From contig OZ251459.1 of NCBI GenBank assembly GCA_965242525.1, positions 416,001 to 480,000 of the forward strand: a stretch of 64,000 bases of DNA, written 5' to 3'. A model generated the notes under the pieces. That model was not told where the DNA came from. It saw only the letters and a list, made by a program, of their open reading frames with translations, and searched no databases. Each line of letters opens with the position of its first letter. Positions within the stretch are counted from its first letter, which is position 1. The translations under genes and the position numbers were made by a program. This document shows, piece after piece, positions 31,314-42,029 of this stretch. The DNA is from an uncultured Candidatus Binatia bacterium (GTDB lineage Bacteria > Desulfobacterota > Binatia > UBA9968 > JAJDTQ01).

Positions 31314-31447
31314 GGCGGGCCGGGGCGCCGACGCCGGGGCCCGGGCGCGAACGCGGCCCCGAATCTTGACGGCCGAAGACATGTAGTGGTAGAGGCTATG
31401 GGGAAGTGCGCGAAACGTTCGGAAACGTTCACAAGGGGGTAACCAAA

Positions 31448-32509
31448 ATGGCAGGAAACGGAACCCGAGAGGGTTGTGAGGTCATCATATCTTCGGACTC
31501 CCACGTCATGGAGCCGTCGGACACCCTGGTGGAGAGGTGTCCCAGCGGTTTCAAGGACCAGGTGCCGCGCTTTCCCAAGCTGGAAGTGGGCACCAGCTTC
31601 CAGACCCAGCCGGGGGGGTCCGACCCGGGCAAGCGCATCACCGAGATGGAGACCGACGGCGTGACCGCGGAGGTGCTCTTTCCCACCTACCTGCTGCCCC
31701 ACTTCGCCATGGACGACGCCCGGCTGCAGGAGGTCTCCTTCCGGGCCTACAACGACTGGGTGCTGGACTACTGCTCGGTGGCGCCCAACCGGCTGGTGGG
31801 GGTGGCGGCCATCTCCGTGTATGACATCGACAAGGCGGTGGAGGAGCTGGAGCGCTGCGCCAAGCTCGGCCTGAAGGGCTCGCTCATCTGGCAGGCGCCG
31901 CACGCGGACCTGCCGTTCCGGTCCGAGCACTACGAGAAGTTCTGGTCCGCGTCCGAGGACCTGGGGATGCCCGTGCACCTGCACATCCTCACCGGCCACG
32001 GCTACCACAAGCAGACGGTGTTCGGCAACAAGCGCACCGGGGTGGAGGCGTACCGGGGCAGCGTCAACCTGAAGCTCCAGGAGATCATCAACGCCATATT
32101 CGACTTCGTCTTCTACGGCGTCATGGAGCGCCATCCCAAGCTCAAGTTCGTCTGCGTCGAGAACGAGATCGGCTGGATGCCGTTCATGCTCCAGCAGTGG
32201 GACTACTACTGGAACCGCTTCAAGAAGGAGAACCCCATCTCCATCACCAAGAACCCCAGCGAGTACTTCGCCGGCCAGGTGTACGGCACGTTCTTCCGCG
32301 ACACCGTGGCCGGGCACAACTTCGAGTGGTGGGGACAGGACAACTGCATGTGGTCCAACGACTACCCGCACGCCAACTCCACGTGGCCGGAGTCGAAGCG
32401 CTACATCGACCGGGACCTGGGCCACCTGCCCGCGGACATACGGAGGAAGCTGGTCTATACCAACGTCAGGAACCTGTACCAGCTCGACATCCCGCATCCC
32501 GCGCAGTAG
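31448..32509 (+). CDS. Amidohydrolase_2 family protein
   Basis: ISSDSHVME, RAYNDW, HLHILTG, WSNDYPH. Confidence 0.9.
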   Translation: MAGNGTREGCEVIISSDSHVMEPSDTLVERCPSGFKDQVPRFPKLEVGTSFQTQPGGSDPGKRITEMETDGVTAEVLFPTYLLPHFAMDDARLQEVSFRAYNDWVLDYCSVAPNRLVGVAAISVYDIDKAVEELERCAKLGLKGSLIWQAPHADLPFRSEHYEKFWSASEDLGMPVHLHILTGHGYHKQTVFGNKRTGVEAYRGSVNLKLQEIINAIFDFVFYGVMERHPKLKFVCVENEIGWMPFMLQQWDYYWNRFKKENPISITKNPSEYFAGQVYGTFFRDTVAGHNFEWWGQDNCMWSNDYPHANSTWPESKRYIDRDLGHLPADIRRKLVYTNVRNLYQLDIPHPAQ

Positions 32510-32634
32510 CCCGGAATCCGCCCCTCGGGCCTCGGGCGGCTTCCGTCCGCTTGCGGCAGGCGGCGGGCGGGAACCCGCAAGCCCGGGGCGGCGTTTCCGG
32601 AAGACCACCGGTCCCCGGTCCGAAGGAGGGTGCC

Positions 32635-33483
32635 ATGGCCAGACCCGAAGCGGCGGCGGCGCCGCAGGAGTTCATCGAAGGCGTGCTCAACTACCTCGCG
32701 GAAACCAGCGAGGCCCCCGAGAGCTACGGCGGCATGAGCCAGTCGGAGGCGGACCGGAAGCGCAAGGGCAAGTACCGGGGCCACGCCATGAAGATCCGCA
32801 ACGCCCGCCCGCTGGCGGACGAGCTGTCGCTGGAGCGCGAGGGGTTCGTCCTCGTGCGCCACGACACCCGGATGAAGGACTTCTACGACGAGGACGAGGT
32901 GCGCACGGTCTATTACCGGGAGACCGAGGAGCTGGTGAAGAAGACCTCCGGCGCCAGCCGCGTGGTGGTCTTCGACCATACCCTCCGCTCGGGGGACGAG
33001 GCCACCCGGGAACGGCAGAATATCAGCGGCCCGGTGCGCAGCGCCCACAACGACTACACGGAATGGTCGGGGCCCCAGCGGGTCCGGGACCTCCTGCCGG
33101 ACGAGGCCGAGGAGTTGCTCCGGGGGCGGTTCGCGGTGGTGCAGACGTGGCGGCCCATCAACCGCCCGGTGACGCGGGAGCCCCTGGCCATCGCCGACGC
33201 CCGGAGCACCGGCATGGAAGGGGCGGTGCCGAGCGCGCGCATCTACCCCGACCGCCGCGGGGAGGTCTATCACTACACTTACAACCCGGAGCACCGCTGG
33301 TACTATTTCCCGCACATGCGGCGCCATGAGGCGGTGGTGTTCAAGACCTTCGAGTCGGAACGGGACGGACGCGCCCGCTGGACCCTGCACTGCGCCTTCG
33401 ACGACCCGGACACGCCCCCGGACGCCCCGCCCCGGGAAAGCATCGAGATGCGCACGCTGGCGTTCTTCGGCGCAGGCTCCTGA
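32635..33483 (+). CDS. CmcJ/NvfI (AsaB-like) oxidoreductase
   Basis: FDHTLR, AHNDYT, WRPI, PLAIAD, HCAF, RESIEMR; AAGGAGG Shine-Dalgarno. Confidence 0.8.
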   Translation: MARPEAAAAPQEFIEGVLNYLAETSEAPESYGGMSQSEADRKRKGKYRGHAMKIRNARPLADELSLEREGFVLVRHDTRMKDFYDEDEVRTVYYRETEELVKKTSGASRVVVFDHTLRSGDEATRERQNISGPVRSAHNDYTEWSGPQRVRDLLPDEAEELLRGRFAVVQTWRPINRPVTREPLAIADARSTGMEGAVPSARIYPDRRGEVYHYTYNPEHRWYYFPHMRRHEAVVFKTFESERDGRARWTLHCAFDDPDTPPDAPPRESIEMRTLAFFGAGS

Positions 33484-33503
33484 CGTTGCGGAGAGGGAAA
33501 CGG

Positions 33504-34979
33504 ATGAGCGATTTCGACGTGGTGGAAACGACCATCGACGCGGTCCACCGGGCGTTCGAGTCCGGGGAGTTGACTCCCCGGGACTTGGTGCAGGCCTACC
33601 TGGACCGGATCGAGGCCTACGACCGCAAGGGGCCGGCCCTCAACTGCATCATCACGGTCAACCCCAACGCCCTGGAAGAGGCCGACCGGCTCGGGGCCTC
33701 GCCCCGCAAGGGTCCGCTCCACGGCATCCCGGTGGTGTTCAAGGACCAGGGGGACGTGAAGGGCATGCCCACGACCCTGGGCAGCGTGCTGTTCGAGGAC
33801 TACTACCCCGACCGGGACTGTTTCGTGGCGGAGAAGCTCAAGGCTGCGGGGGCCATCATCCTGGCCAAGGCCACCCTGGGCGAGCTGGGCGGAGGCGACA
33901 CCCACGGCTCGCTGTTCGGCTCCAGCCGCAACCCCTACGACCTGGAGCGCACGGTGGGAGGGTCCTCCGGCGGCAGCGGGGGAGCGGTGGCGGCCAACCT
34001 GGCCACCTTGGCCGTGGGCCAGGAGGGCTACGCCTCCATCCGCCGGCCCTCCACCTGGAACTGCGTCGCGGGCATGCGTCCGACCCCGGGGCTGGTGAGC
34101 CGCGGCGGCGTCTATGACGGCTGGCCCGACGTGACCGGCTCCCTGGGTCCCATGGCGCGCACGGTGGGCGACATGGCGCGGCTGCTGGACGTGATGGCGG
34201 GTTACGACCCGGAGGACCCGGCGACGGCCCGGGGCGTGGGCCACATGCCCGCGAGCTACGCGGACCTGCTGGACGCCGAGGGCCTGCGCGGCGCGCGTCT
34301 GGGGGTCCTGCGCGAGCCCATGGGCTACATGGCGGAGCCGGACACCGACGACTTCCGGCAGGTCACCGAGGTGTTCGACCGGGCGGTGGCGGACCTACGG
34401 TCCTGCGGCGCCGAGGTGGTGGACCCGGTGGCGATACCGCAGCTCGGCCAGTTGCTGGCCAAGCGGGCGTCGAGCCCCACCAGCGGCGACGAGTCCTTCA
34501 AGCGGTACTTCGGCAGGAGCGCCAAGCGGCCCTTCGAGTCCCGCGGGGAAGCCATGGCGTCCCCGGACTTCGCCAAGGTCCACCACAACGCCCGGAACCG
34601 ATGGCAGGCGCCCGCGGACCCGGGGAAGCATTACGAGTACCTGCTCGCCCGGGAGGCGTTGATGGGCAACCTGCTGCAGGTCATGGCCGACCACCGGCTC
34701 GACGCGGTCGTGCACAAGTCGGTGGAGCACCAGCCCACGCTCATCCGCGACGGCGTCCGGCCGCCGTTCGTCAACATGAGGGGGGTGCCCCACATCAACA
34801 CCTTCCTGGTGTTCGTGTCGTCGGTGGCTGTGCCCGCGGGCTTTACCCGGGACGGCCTTCCCGCGGGGATCACGTTCCTGGGACGGCCCTACGACGACGG
34901 CCGGATGATCCGGTTCGCCTACGCCTACGAGCAGGCCACCGGCCACCGCCGGCCGCCGGCCGCGGCGCCCGCGCTTTGA
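33504..34979 (+). CDS. Amidase
   Basis: GPLHGIPVVFKD, GGSSGGSG, ASIRRP. Confidence 0.9.
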   Translation: MSDFDVVETTIDAVHRAFESGELTPRDLVQAYLDRIEAYDRKGPALNCIITVNPNALEEADRLGASPRKGPLHGIPVVFKDQGDVKGMPTTLGSVLFEDYYPDRDCFVAEKLKAAGAIILAKATLGELGGGDTHGSLFGSSRNPYDLERTVGGSSGGSGGAVAANLATLAVGQEGYASIRRPSTWNCVAGMRPTPGLVSRGGVYDGWPDVTGSLGPMARTVGDMARLLDVMAGYDPEDPATARGVGHMPASYADLLDAEGLRGARLGVLREPMGYMAEPDTDDFRQVTEVFDRAVADLRSCGAEVVDPVAIPQLGQLLAKRASSPTSGDESFKRYFGRSAKRPFESRGEAMASPDFAKVHHNARNRWQAPADPGKHYEYLLAREALMGNLLQVMADHRLDAVVHKSVEHQPTLIRDGVRPPFVNMRGVPHINTFLVFVSSVAVPAGFTRDGLPAGITFLGRPYDDGRMIRFAYAYEQATGHRRPPAAAPAL

Positions 34980-35208
34980 CGCGGCCCCGGGCAGGGTCCG
35001 CGGGCGCGGCAAGGCCGGGGTCCCGCGGCGCCGTGCCCGGCCGGGCGTCCGCGGGCCGACCCAGGCGGTAGGGCCGCGGCTACTCGACCACGAGTGCCCG
35101 GCCGGGCGCCCGCGGGCCGACCGGCGGCGGATTGGAGGAACGATCGGGTCGAGGCCCGACGCCTGGGCGCCCGCGGGCCGACCCCCGCGCAAGGGAAAGG
35201 GATGGAGG

Positions 35209-35763
35209 ATGCCCCGCATACCGGAGCTCACGAGGCGAGAAGACATACCCGAAGACCAGCGGCGGCACTACGACGCCATCATGGCCAGCCGGAAACGGAT
35301 CGGCGCGCCCTACGCCAACCTGCTCCACTGCCCGGACTTGGCCGCGCGCACCGCCCACCTGGTGGGGTATTCGCTGCACACCTCGGACTTTCCCCGCAAG
35401 GAGAAGGAACTGGCCATCTGCACGGTGGCCCGGGAGATGGACTGCGTATATGAGTGGGCCGCCCACTCGGGCCACGCCCTGGACGCCGGGGTGCGGGAGG
35501 AGGCGGTGGCCGCCATCCGCGACGGCAAGGCGCCCGAGGGCCTCGACCCTGACGAAGCGCCGCTGGTCCGGTACGTCCAGGAGCTCCTCCGGCCGCCGCG
35601 CCGGGTGACCGAGCCGACCTTCCGGGCGCTGCGGGAACGCCTCGGGGACCGGCGGCTGGCGGAGCTCACGGGCATCGTCGGCGCGTACGTGGGCCTCGCG
35701 TGCTCCCTCAACGCCTTCGAGGTCCCTGCCCCCGAAGGCATGCCGGTGCTGCCCGCGGGATGA
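35209..35763 (+). CDS. Carboxymuconolactone decarboxylase (AhpD-like) family protein
   Basis: ELAICTVAREMDCVYEWAAH motif. Confidence 0.8.
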   Translation: MPRIPELTRREDIPEDQRRHYDAIMASRKRIGAPYANLLHCPDLAARTAHLVGYSLHTSDFPRKEKELAICTVAREMDCVYEWAAHSGHALDAGVREEAVAAIRDGKAPEGLDPDEAPLVRYVQELLRPPRRVTEPTFRALRERLGDRRLAELTGIVGAYVGLACSLNAFEVPAPEGMPVLPAG

Positions 35764-36833
35764 GCGCCATGCCCGAGACCGTCCCGGAGCCTGCCCTCCT
35801 CGACGCTACCGCCGCCGCGGAGAACGGCATCCCCGTACTGGACGCGGCCGGTTTCCTGGCCGGCGCTCCCGGCGCCCCGGAGCGGGCGGCCGCGGAGTTG
35901 CGCCGCGCCTTGGAACAGGTGGGTTTCTACGTCCTGCGGGGCCACGGCGTGCCCTGGGGACTGGTGGAAGACGTGTTCGTCCAGTGCGCCCGTTTCCACG
36001 CGCTCCCGCTTTCGGAGAAGATGGCGATCCGGGGCAACGAGCACAACGTGGGATACATGCCGGTGAACGGGTACGTGTCCCGGAGCTCGCGGGTGGAGAA
36101 GGCCACCCGGCCCAACTTCGTGGAGGCGTTGTTCCTCAAGCGGGACCTTCCCCCGGACCACCCGGACGTGGTGGCCGGCGTGCGCTATCGTTGCGCCAAC
36201 CAATGGCCGGAGGCCCGCGCGCTGCCGGGTTTCCGCGAGACCGTGGCGGCCTACCTGGACGCCATGGAGGGGCTCTGCAAACGCATGCTGCCACTCTACG
36301 CCGCGGCCCTGGACCTCCACCCGGACTACTTCCGGGAGGCCTTCGCCGAGCCCCAGTACACGCTGCGGATGTCCCATTACCCGCCCGCGGAGCAGGGCGA
36401 CGCCCGCCAGTACGGGCTTGCGCCGCACACGGACTCGAGCTTCCTCACCATGCTGCCCCAGTCGGAGTTGCCCGGCTTGTCCATCTGCCTGCCCTCGGGC
36501 CGATGGGTAGAGGCGCCCGCGGCCCCCGGCGCGTTCCTGGTGAACTCCGGGGACATGCTGCGCCGGTGGACCAACCACCGGTTCCTGTCCACGCCGCACC
36601 GGGTGGTGAACCGGAACGCGGGCCGGGACCGCTACGCCGTCCCGTTCTTCTTCGACGCTACCCACGACTTCCCCATGGCGTGCCTGCCCACCTGCCGGGG
36701 ACCGGGCAATCCCCCCCGCTACGAGCCGGTCACCTACGGCGAGTACATGCGCTGGTTCGCTCGACAGTACGACCACGTGCGGGACCGGGACGGCCACGAC
36801 CCCGACGACCCCGGCGTCCCCACCGTCAGGTAA
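35760..36833 (+). CDS. Isopenicillin N synthase-family 2OG-Fe(II) oxygenase
   Basis: GFYVLRGHGV, HTD, NSGDML, STPHRV, RYAVPFF. Confidence 0.9.
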   Translation: MSAMPETVPEPALLDATAAAENGIPVLDAAGFLAGAPGAPERAAAELRRALEQVGFYVLRGHGVPWGLVEDVFVQCARFHALPLSEKMAIRGNEHNVGYMPVNGYVSRSSRVEKATRPNFVEALFLKRDLPPDHPDVVAGVRYRCANQWPEARALPGFRETVAAYLDAMEGLCKRMLPLYAAALDLHPDYFREAFAEPQYTLRMSHYPPAEQGDARQYGLAPHTDSSFLTMLPQSELPGLSICLPSGRWVEAPAAPGAFLVNSGDMLRRWTNHRFLSTPHRVVNRNAGRDRYAVPFFFDATHDFPMACLPTCRGPGNPPRYEPVTYGEYMRWFARQYDHVRDRDGHDPDDPGVPTVR

Positions 36834-36842
36834 CCGTCCATG

Positions 36843-37125
36843 GGAAACCCTGAACAATCGGGACAGGGGACATGAGCGCGTCCTTCGACTTCGCTACGCT
36901 ACGCTCAGGACGAACGGGGATAGGGGCGTCAGGGTGAGGGAATCGGGAATCCATCCCGGATGTCTCGATTGTTCGGAGGTTCCGATGGGAGACTTTGAAC
37001 CATTGCCTCCGTTCGTCCTGAGCGTAGCCAAGCGAGGATCCCCGTTCGTCCTGAGCGAAGCGAAGTCGAAGGACGCGCTTTCCCATGGGGAGAGGCGCTT
37101 CGAGCCGGAATCGACCGGAGGTTCC
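36843..37125. mobile_element. Two adjacent MITE copies (36843-36983 and 36988-37125)
   Basis: GGAAACCCTGAACAATCG ... CGATTGTTCGGAGGTTCC, then a second copy resembling 917-1100; flanks CATG/GATG/TGTG. Confidence 0.65.
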
Positions 37126-37365
37126 TGTGGACCACGCGAGGACCACGCGACCGCTGCGGAAGGGTGTCAATTTGGTAACATGTGCTGTGGAAAAGTCTGT
37201 CGATAACGCCGGAAAGCACCGGCAACGGTCCCTGCTCATCCGCAATCCAACGGATAGCCCAATGGTTGGGCAGCGTTTCCTTCCAGAAATTCGGATAGTT
37301 GCGGACATGACGCCGGTTCCGGCGCGCGAGGCGGCCTCGCCCGGTGGGGGCCGGGGCGCGGGTAA

Positions 37366-39555
37366 GTGACCGACTCTCAAGGGACAACGGTCTCCAGGGC
37401 CAACCTCCGGGCGTTGCTCCGGCCGAGGTCGGTGGCGGTGGTGGGGGCGTCGCCCAGGGGGGGCACTGGCGGGAGGATCCTGGGGAACGTGCTGGCGTCG
37501 GGTTTCCAGGGCCCGGTCTATCCGGTGAACCCCAACCATGCGGAGGTCCGGGGCCGGAAGTGCTACCCGTCCCTCCAGCGGCTCCCCGAAACGCCGGATT
37601 GCGTGGTGGTGGCCCTGCCCGCGGCCCAGGTGCTGGGGGTGGTGGAAGACGCGGTGGCCGCGGGGGCGCCTTCGGGCATCGTGGTGGCCGAGGGGTTCTC
37701 CGACGGCGACACCGCCCCGGGCCGCCGGCGGCAGCGCGAGCTCCGGCGGCTGGCGGCCAGAGGCGGCATGGCCGTCACCGGGCCTTGCTGCATGGGCGTG
37801 GCGAGCCTCCGGTACGGGTTCGCCAACTCCTATTTCTCGATCCCGCCGGACGCGGTGCCGGGCGGGGTGTCGCTGGTCTCCCAGAGCGGCGGGTTGACCA
37901 ACGCGGTCACCGAGTTGGGGGCCAGCCGCGGCATCGGGTTCAACTACGTCATCTCCAGCGGCAACGAGGCGGTGGTGGAGATGGCCGACTACGTGGAGTA
38001 CCTGGCCGACGACCCCGAGACCCGGGTCATCGCCTGCATCATGGAAGGGGCCAAGGACGGCGCCAAGCTGCGCCGGGTGCTGGCGTCGGCCGGCCGGAAG
38101 AAGCCGGTGGTGGTGCTGAAGCTGGGCCGCACCGAGTCCGGGCGGAGGGCCACGGTGGCCCACACCGGCACCCTGGCCGGGCGGCAGGAAGCCTACGCGG
38201 CGCTGTTCCGCGAGACCGGAGCGGCGCCGGTGGACAGCATCGACGAGCTGGTGGAGACCGCGGGCCTGTTCCTCCACGCGCGCCTCCCCGCGGGAGGGAG
38301 GGCGGCGTTCCTCACCATCTCCGGCGGGGCCACCGCGCTCATCAGCGACTTGAACGCGGCCGCGGGCCTGGAGTGCCCGGCCCTGTCCGAAGCCGCCCAG
38401 TCCCGGCTCGGGGAGATCCTCGCGGTCACCGACCGCCCGTTCCACAACCCCATCGACACCGTGGGGATGCCGCGCATCGAGCAGGGCGCCAACCTCACCG
38501 CGGTGCTGGAGACCCTGCTCGGCGACGACGGCATCGACCTGGTGGGCCTGGCCCTGAGCGTCAAGCGCGCCGGCGCGCCGGCCCAGCGGAAGCTGCTGGA
38601 CCAGGTGGGCGCGTGCGCCCGGGCCGCGGCCAAGCCCCTGTTCGTGCTGTCGCTGGCTTCCAACGGACTCACTGGCGACTGCCGGGGGTTCTCCGACGAG
38701 ACCGGCGTCCCCATGCTGGAAGACGTGGCCGGAGGCATGAAGGCGGTCCGCAGGCTGGTGGACTACGCCGCGTTCCTCCGAAGGAGGGAGTCGAAGGAGT
38801 CGTCCCCGGCGCCCGGGGCGTCCGCGGACTTCCGTCCGCCCGAAGGCGCCGGCGTCCTCACCGAGTACGAGAGCAAGCGGGCGCTCGCTCGCGCGGGCCT
38901 GCCGGTGACCCGGGAAGGGTTGGCCGAGACCCCGGAACGGGCCGCGGCCATTGCCGCGGAACTGGGCTTTCCGGTGGCCCTCAAGGTCCAGTCGCCCCAG
39001 GTCCCGCACAAGTCCGACGTGGGCGGCGTCCATCTCGGCGCCCGGACTGCGGGAGAGGTGGAGGAGGCGTTCGTCCGCATGGTGGAAGGCGTGGCCGGGG
39101 CCTGCCCGGACGCGCGCATCCACGGGGTGCTGGTGCAGGAGATGGTGCCGGACGGGCTGGAGGTCATGGTCGGCATGGCCCACGACCGCCAGTTCGGGCC
39201 GCTGGTGATGGTGGGCCTGGGCGGGATATACGTGGAGGCGTTGGGGGACGCGGCCTTCCGGTTGCCGCCGCTGGACGAGGAGGACGTGCGCGAGATGCTG
39301 GCGGAGTTGCGCGGCGCCGCCCTGATCCGGGGCGCGCGCCGGGGACCCCCGCGGGACCTGGACGCCCTGGTCCGGTGCGTGGTGCGCTTCGGCGACTTCG
39401 TGGCGCGGAACGCGGGCCGGTTCAGCGCCGTCGAGATGAACCCCGTGATGGTGCGTCCCAAGGGTTGCGGCGTGGTGGTGGCGGACGCGCTCATCACCGT
39501 GCCGGACCCCGCGGAGCAGGGAGACCCCCATGAACTACGAGAACATACTGTATGA
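37366..39555 (+). CDS. Acetate--CoA ligase (ADP-forming) family acyl-CoA synthetase
   Basis: PRSVAVVGAS, SQSGG, SSGNEA, AHTGTLAG, C-terminal ATP-grasp (HKSDVGGV). Confidence 0.92.
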   Translation: MTDSQGTTVSRANLRALLRPRSVAVVGASPRGGTGGRILGNVLASGFQGPVYPVNPNHAEVRGRKCYPSLQRLPETPDCVVVALPAAQVLGVVEDAVAAGAPSGIVVAEGFSDGDTAPGRRRQRELRRLAARGGMAVTGPCCMGVASLRYGFANSYFSIPPDAVPGGVSLVSQSGGLTNAVTELGASRGIGFNYVISSGNEAVVEMADYVEYLADDPETRVIACIMEGAKDGAKLRRVLASAGRKKPVVVLKLGRTESGRRATVAHTGTLAGRQEAYAALFRETGAAPVDSIDELVETAGLFLHARLPAGGRAAFLTISGGATALISDLNAAAGLECPALSEAAQSRLGEILAVTDRPFHNPIDTVGMPRIEQGANLTAVLETLLGDDGIDLVGLALSVKRAGAPAQRKLLDQVGACARAAAKPLFVLSLASNGLTGDCRGFSDETGVPMLEDVAGGMKAVRRLVDYAAFLRRRESKESSPAPGASADFRPPEGAGVLTEYESKRALARAGLPVTREGLAETPERAAAIAAELGFPVALKVQSPQVPHKSDVGGVHLGARTAGEVEEAFVRMVEGVAGACPDARIHGVLVQEMVPDGLEVMVGMAHDRQFGPLVMVGLGGIYVEALGDAAFRLPPLDEEDVREMLAELRGAALIRGARRGPPRDLDALVRCVVRFGDFVARNAGRFSAVEMNPVMVRPKGCGVVVADALITVPDPAEQGDPHELREHTV

Positions 39556-40330
39556 AGTGGCCGACCGCGTGGCCACCATCACCCTCAACCGCCCGGAGGT
39601 GATGAACGCCATCAGCTACCGGGCCCGGGACGAGCTCGTGGACGCGTGCGGCAGGGTGTCCGCGGACCGGGAAGTGTGGGCGTGCATCATCACCGGCGCG
39701 GGGGAGCGGGCTTTCTCCACCGGCCTCGACCTGAAGGAGCGGGCCGGGGAAGTGGACGAAGCGACCTTCTTCGACAAGCGGCGCGAGCGCAGCCGGCCGA
39801 GCGTCCATTCCCAGAACCGGGCGGTGGCCGCGCTGGAGAAGCCCACCATTGCGGCCATCCGGGGCTATGCGGTGGGCGGCGGCCTGGAGCTCGCGCTGGC
39901 CTGCGACATCCGCGTGGCCGCGGAGGACGCCAGGCTGGGGATGTTCGAGGTGCGGCGGGGCCGTTTGGGGGGCGGCGGAGGCACCCAGCGGCTGCCGCGG
40001 CTCGTGGGCATGGCCAAGGCCCTGGAGCTCTGCCTCACGGGCGAGGCGGTGGACGCCTCGGAAGCCCTGCGCATCGGCCTGGTGAACAAGGTGGCGCCGG
40101 TGGACGGGTACATGGACGCGGCCCGGGAGATCGCGGCCCGGATCTGCCTCGGCGCGCCCCTGTCCGTCATCGCCATCAAGGAGGCCATCACCAGGGGTTG
40201 CCAGCTTCCCCTGGAGCAGGGACTGAAGATCGAGAGCGAGCTGGGCCTCGCCCTCTCCACCACCGAGGACCAGAAGGAAGGCTCGCGCGCTTTCGCCGAG
40301 AAGCGCCCCGCGGTGTGGAAGGCGCGGTAG
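39530..40330 (+). CDS. Enoyl-CoA hydratase/isomerase
   Basis: LNRPEVMNA, AFSTGLDL, GGGLELALACD, GGTQRLPRLVG. Confidence 0.93.
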   Translation: MNYENILYEVADRVATITLNRPEVMNAISYRARDELVDACGRVSADREVWACIITGAGERAFSTGLDLKERAGEVDEATFFDKRRERSRPSVHSQNRAVAALEKPTIAAIRGYAVGGGLELALACDIRVAAEDARLGMFEVRRGRLGGGGGTQRLPRLVGMAKALELCLTGEAVDASEALRIGLVNKVAPVDGYMDAAREIAARICLGAPLSVIAIKEAITRGCQLPLEQGLKIESELGLALSTTEDQKEGSRAFAEKRPAVWKAR

Positions 40331-40417
40331 CGGGCCGCGGACGGCGGCGGGCGGCGGACCGCGGCGCCGGGCGGCCTGCGGCGGCCCCGGTCCCGCCCAT
40401 GGAACACAGGAGGCAAG

Positions 40418-41590
40418 ATGAGCACGAACCTGAGCGGCAAGTACGCCATCGTCGGAGTCGGCCAGAGCCCCTTGGGCAAGGTGCCGGAGCTCGGCCCCAT
40501 CGGGCTCTTCGCGGTGGCGGCCCGGAACGCCATCGAGGACGCCGGCCTGAAGAAGGAAGACGTGGACGGCCTCATCACCCGGGGCCCGGACGACGTGTAC
40601 TGCCACCACCAGCGGGTGGGGGAGGCCCTGGGTCTCGACGTAACCTTCAGCACCTCCACCGCCAACGGCGGCGCGAGCCAGACCATGGCCGTGGCCATGG
40701 CCTGCATGGCCATCGAAGCCGGGGTCTGCCGCACCGTGGTGGTGGGCTACGGCCGCGACACCTGGTCGCGCACCCACCGGGACGCCGAGGCCAAGCAGGC
40801 GGTGGCGTCCCGGCCCCGCACCTACTCGGAGTTCGGCTCCGAGTTCGGCCAGTTCGGCGCCCCGGTGAACTACGCGGTGGCGGCCCGGCGCCACATGGAG
40901 CGCTTCGGCACCACCAAGGCGCAGCTCGGCGCCATCGCGGTGGCGTTCCGCAACCACGCCCGCAGGAACCCCCTGGCGTTCATGCAGAAGCCCCTGACCC
41001 TGGACGAGTACCTGGGCGCCCGGCTCATCGTGGACCCCCTGTGCCTCTACGATTGCAGCGTGTTCATCGACGGCGCGGGCGCGGTGGCGGTGACCAGCGC
41101 GGAACGCGCCCGGGACCTCCGGCAGCCCCCGGCCTACGTCCTGGGCTTCGGCTTCGGCAACCGCCTGAGCGGCTGGTACGCGGACGACAACATGGTCACC
41201 ACCGGGGCCAGGGAAGCGGGGGAGGCGGCCTACCGCATGGCCGGCGTCGGCCCCGGGGACGTGGACACGGCCCAGATCTACGACTGCTTCACCCACATGG
41301 TGCTCTTGCAGCTCGAAGACTACGGCTTCTGCGCCAAGGGGGAGGGGGGGCCGTTCGCGGCCTCCGGCGCGTTGGAGCTCGACGGCGCGCTGCCCACCAA
41401 CACCTCGGGCGGGCAACTGTCCGAAGGGCATATCGAAGGCATGCTCCAGGTCCTTGAAGGCGCCCGGCAGGTGCGCCGGGAGCACGCCCCCGACCGCCAA
41501 GTGGCGGACTGCGACATCGCCCTGGTCACCGGCCACGGCGGCAACACCGTGTGCCAGTCGGCGCTGATCCTGGGGAGGGAAGCGGGATGA
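40418..41590 (+). CDS. Thiolase-superfamily protein (SCP2/Ltp2-like)
   Basis: NGGAS with no nucleophilic Cys, YDCFT, NTSGGQLSEGH. Confidence 0.88.
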   Translation: MSTNLSGKYAIVGVGQSPLGKVPELGPIGLFAVAARNAIEDAGLKKEDVDGLITRGPDDVYCHHQRVGEALGLDVTFSTSTANGGASQTMAVAMACMAIEAGVCRTVVVGYGRDTWSRTHRDAEAKQAVASRPRTYSEFGSEFGQFGAPVNYAVAARRHMERFGTTKAQLGAIAVAFRNHARRNPLAFMQKPLTLDEYLGARLIVDPLCLYDCSVFIDGAGAVAVTSAERARDLRQPPAYVLGFGFGNRLSGWYADDNMVTTGAREAGEAAYRMAGVGPGDVDTAQIYDCFTHMVLLQLEDYGFCAKGEGGPFAASGALELDGALPTNTSGGQLSEGHIEGMLQVLEGARQVRREHAPDRQVADCDIALVTGHGGNTVCQSALILGREAG

Positions 41591-42003
41591 GCGAGTACGG
41601 GAAACCGCTGCCGCCGCCGTCGGTGGAGTCGGCGCCGTTCTGGGAGGCCTGCAAGCGGCACGAGTTGACGGCGCCCCGTTGCGACGCCTGCGCGCACCAC
41701 TGGTTCCCGGCCACGGCCACGTGCCCCCGGTGCTGGAGCACGGACTGGACCTGGACCCGGGTGAGCGGAAGGGGGAAGGTCTATTCCTTCGGCGTCTATC
41801 ACCGGGCCTACCACAAGGGCTTTGCCGACGAGCTGCCCTACGCGCTGGTGATCGTCGAGTTGGAGGAGGGTCCCCGCCTCACCACCAACGTGGTGGACTG
41901 CAAGCCCGGCGAGCTGCGCTGCGACATGCCGGTGGAGGTGGTGTTCGAGGACGTCACCCAGGACCGGACCCTGTACAAGTTCCGGCCCGCGAGGGGCGGG
42001 TAG
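41587..42003 (+). CDS. DUF35 Zn-ribbon/OB-fold protein (ChsH2 C-terminal-like)
   Basis: PFWEAC, CDAC...CPRC, VELEEGPRL; ATGA overlap with the thiolase-like gene. Confidence 0.9.
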   Translation: MSEYGKPLPPPSVESAPFWEACKRHELTAPRCDACAHHWFPATATCPRCWSTDWTWTRVSGRGKVYSFGVYHRAYHKGFADELPYALVIVELEEGPRLTTNVVDCKPGELRCDMPVEVVFEDVTQDRTLYKFRPARGG

Positions 42004-42029
42004 CCTCCGGTCCCGCCCGCGGAGGTCCC

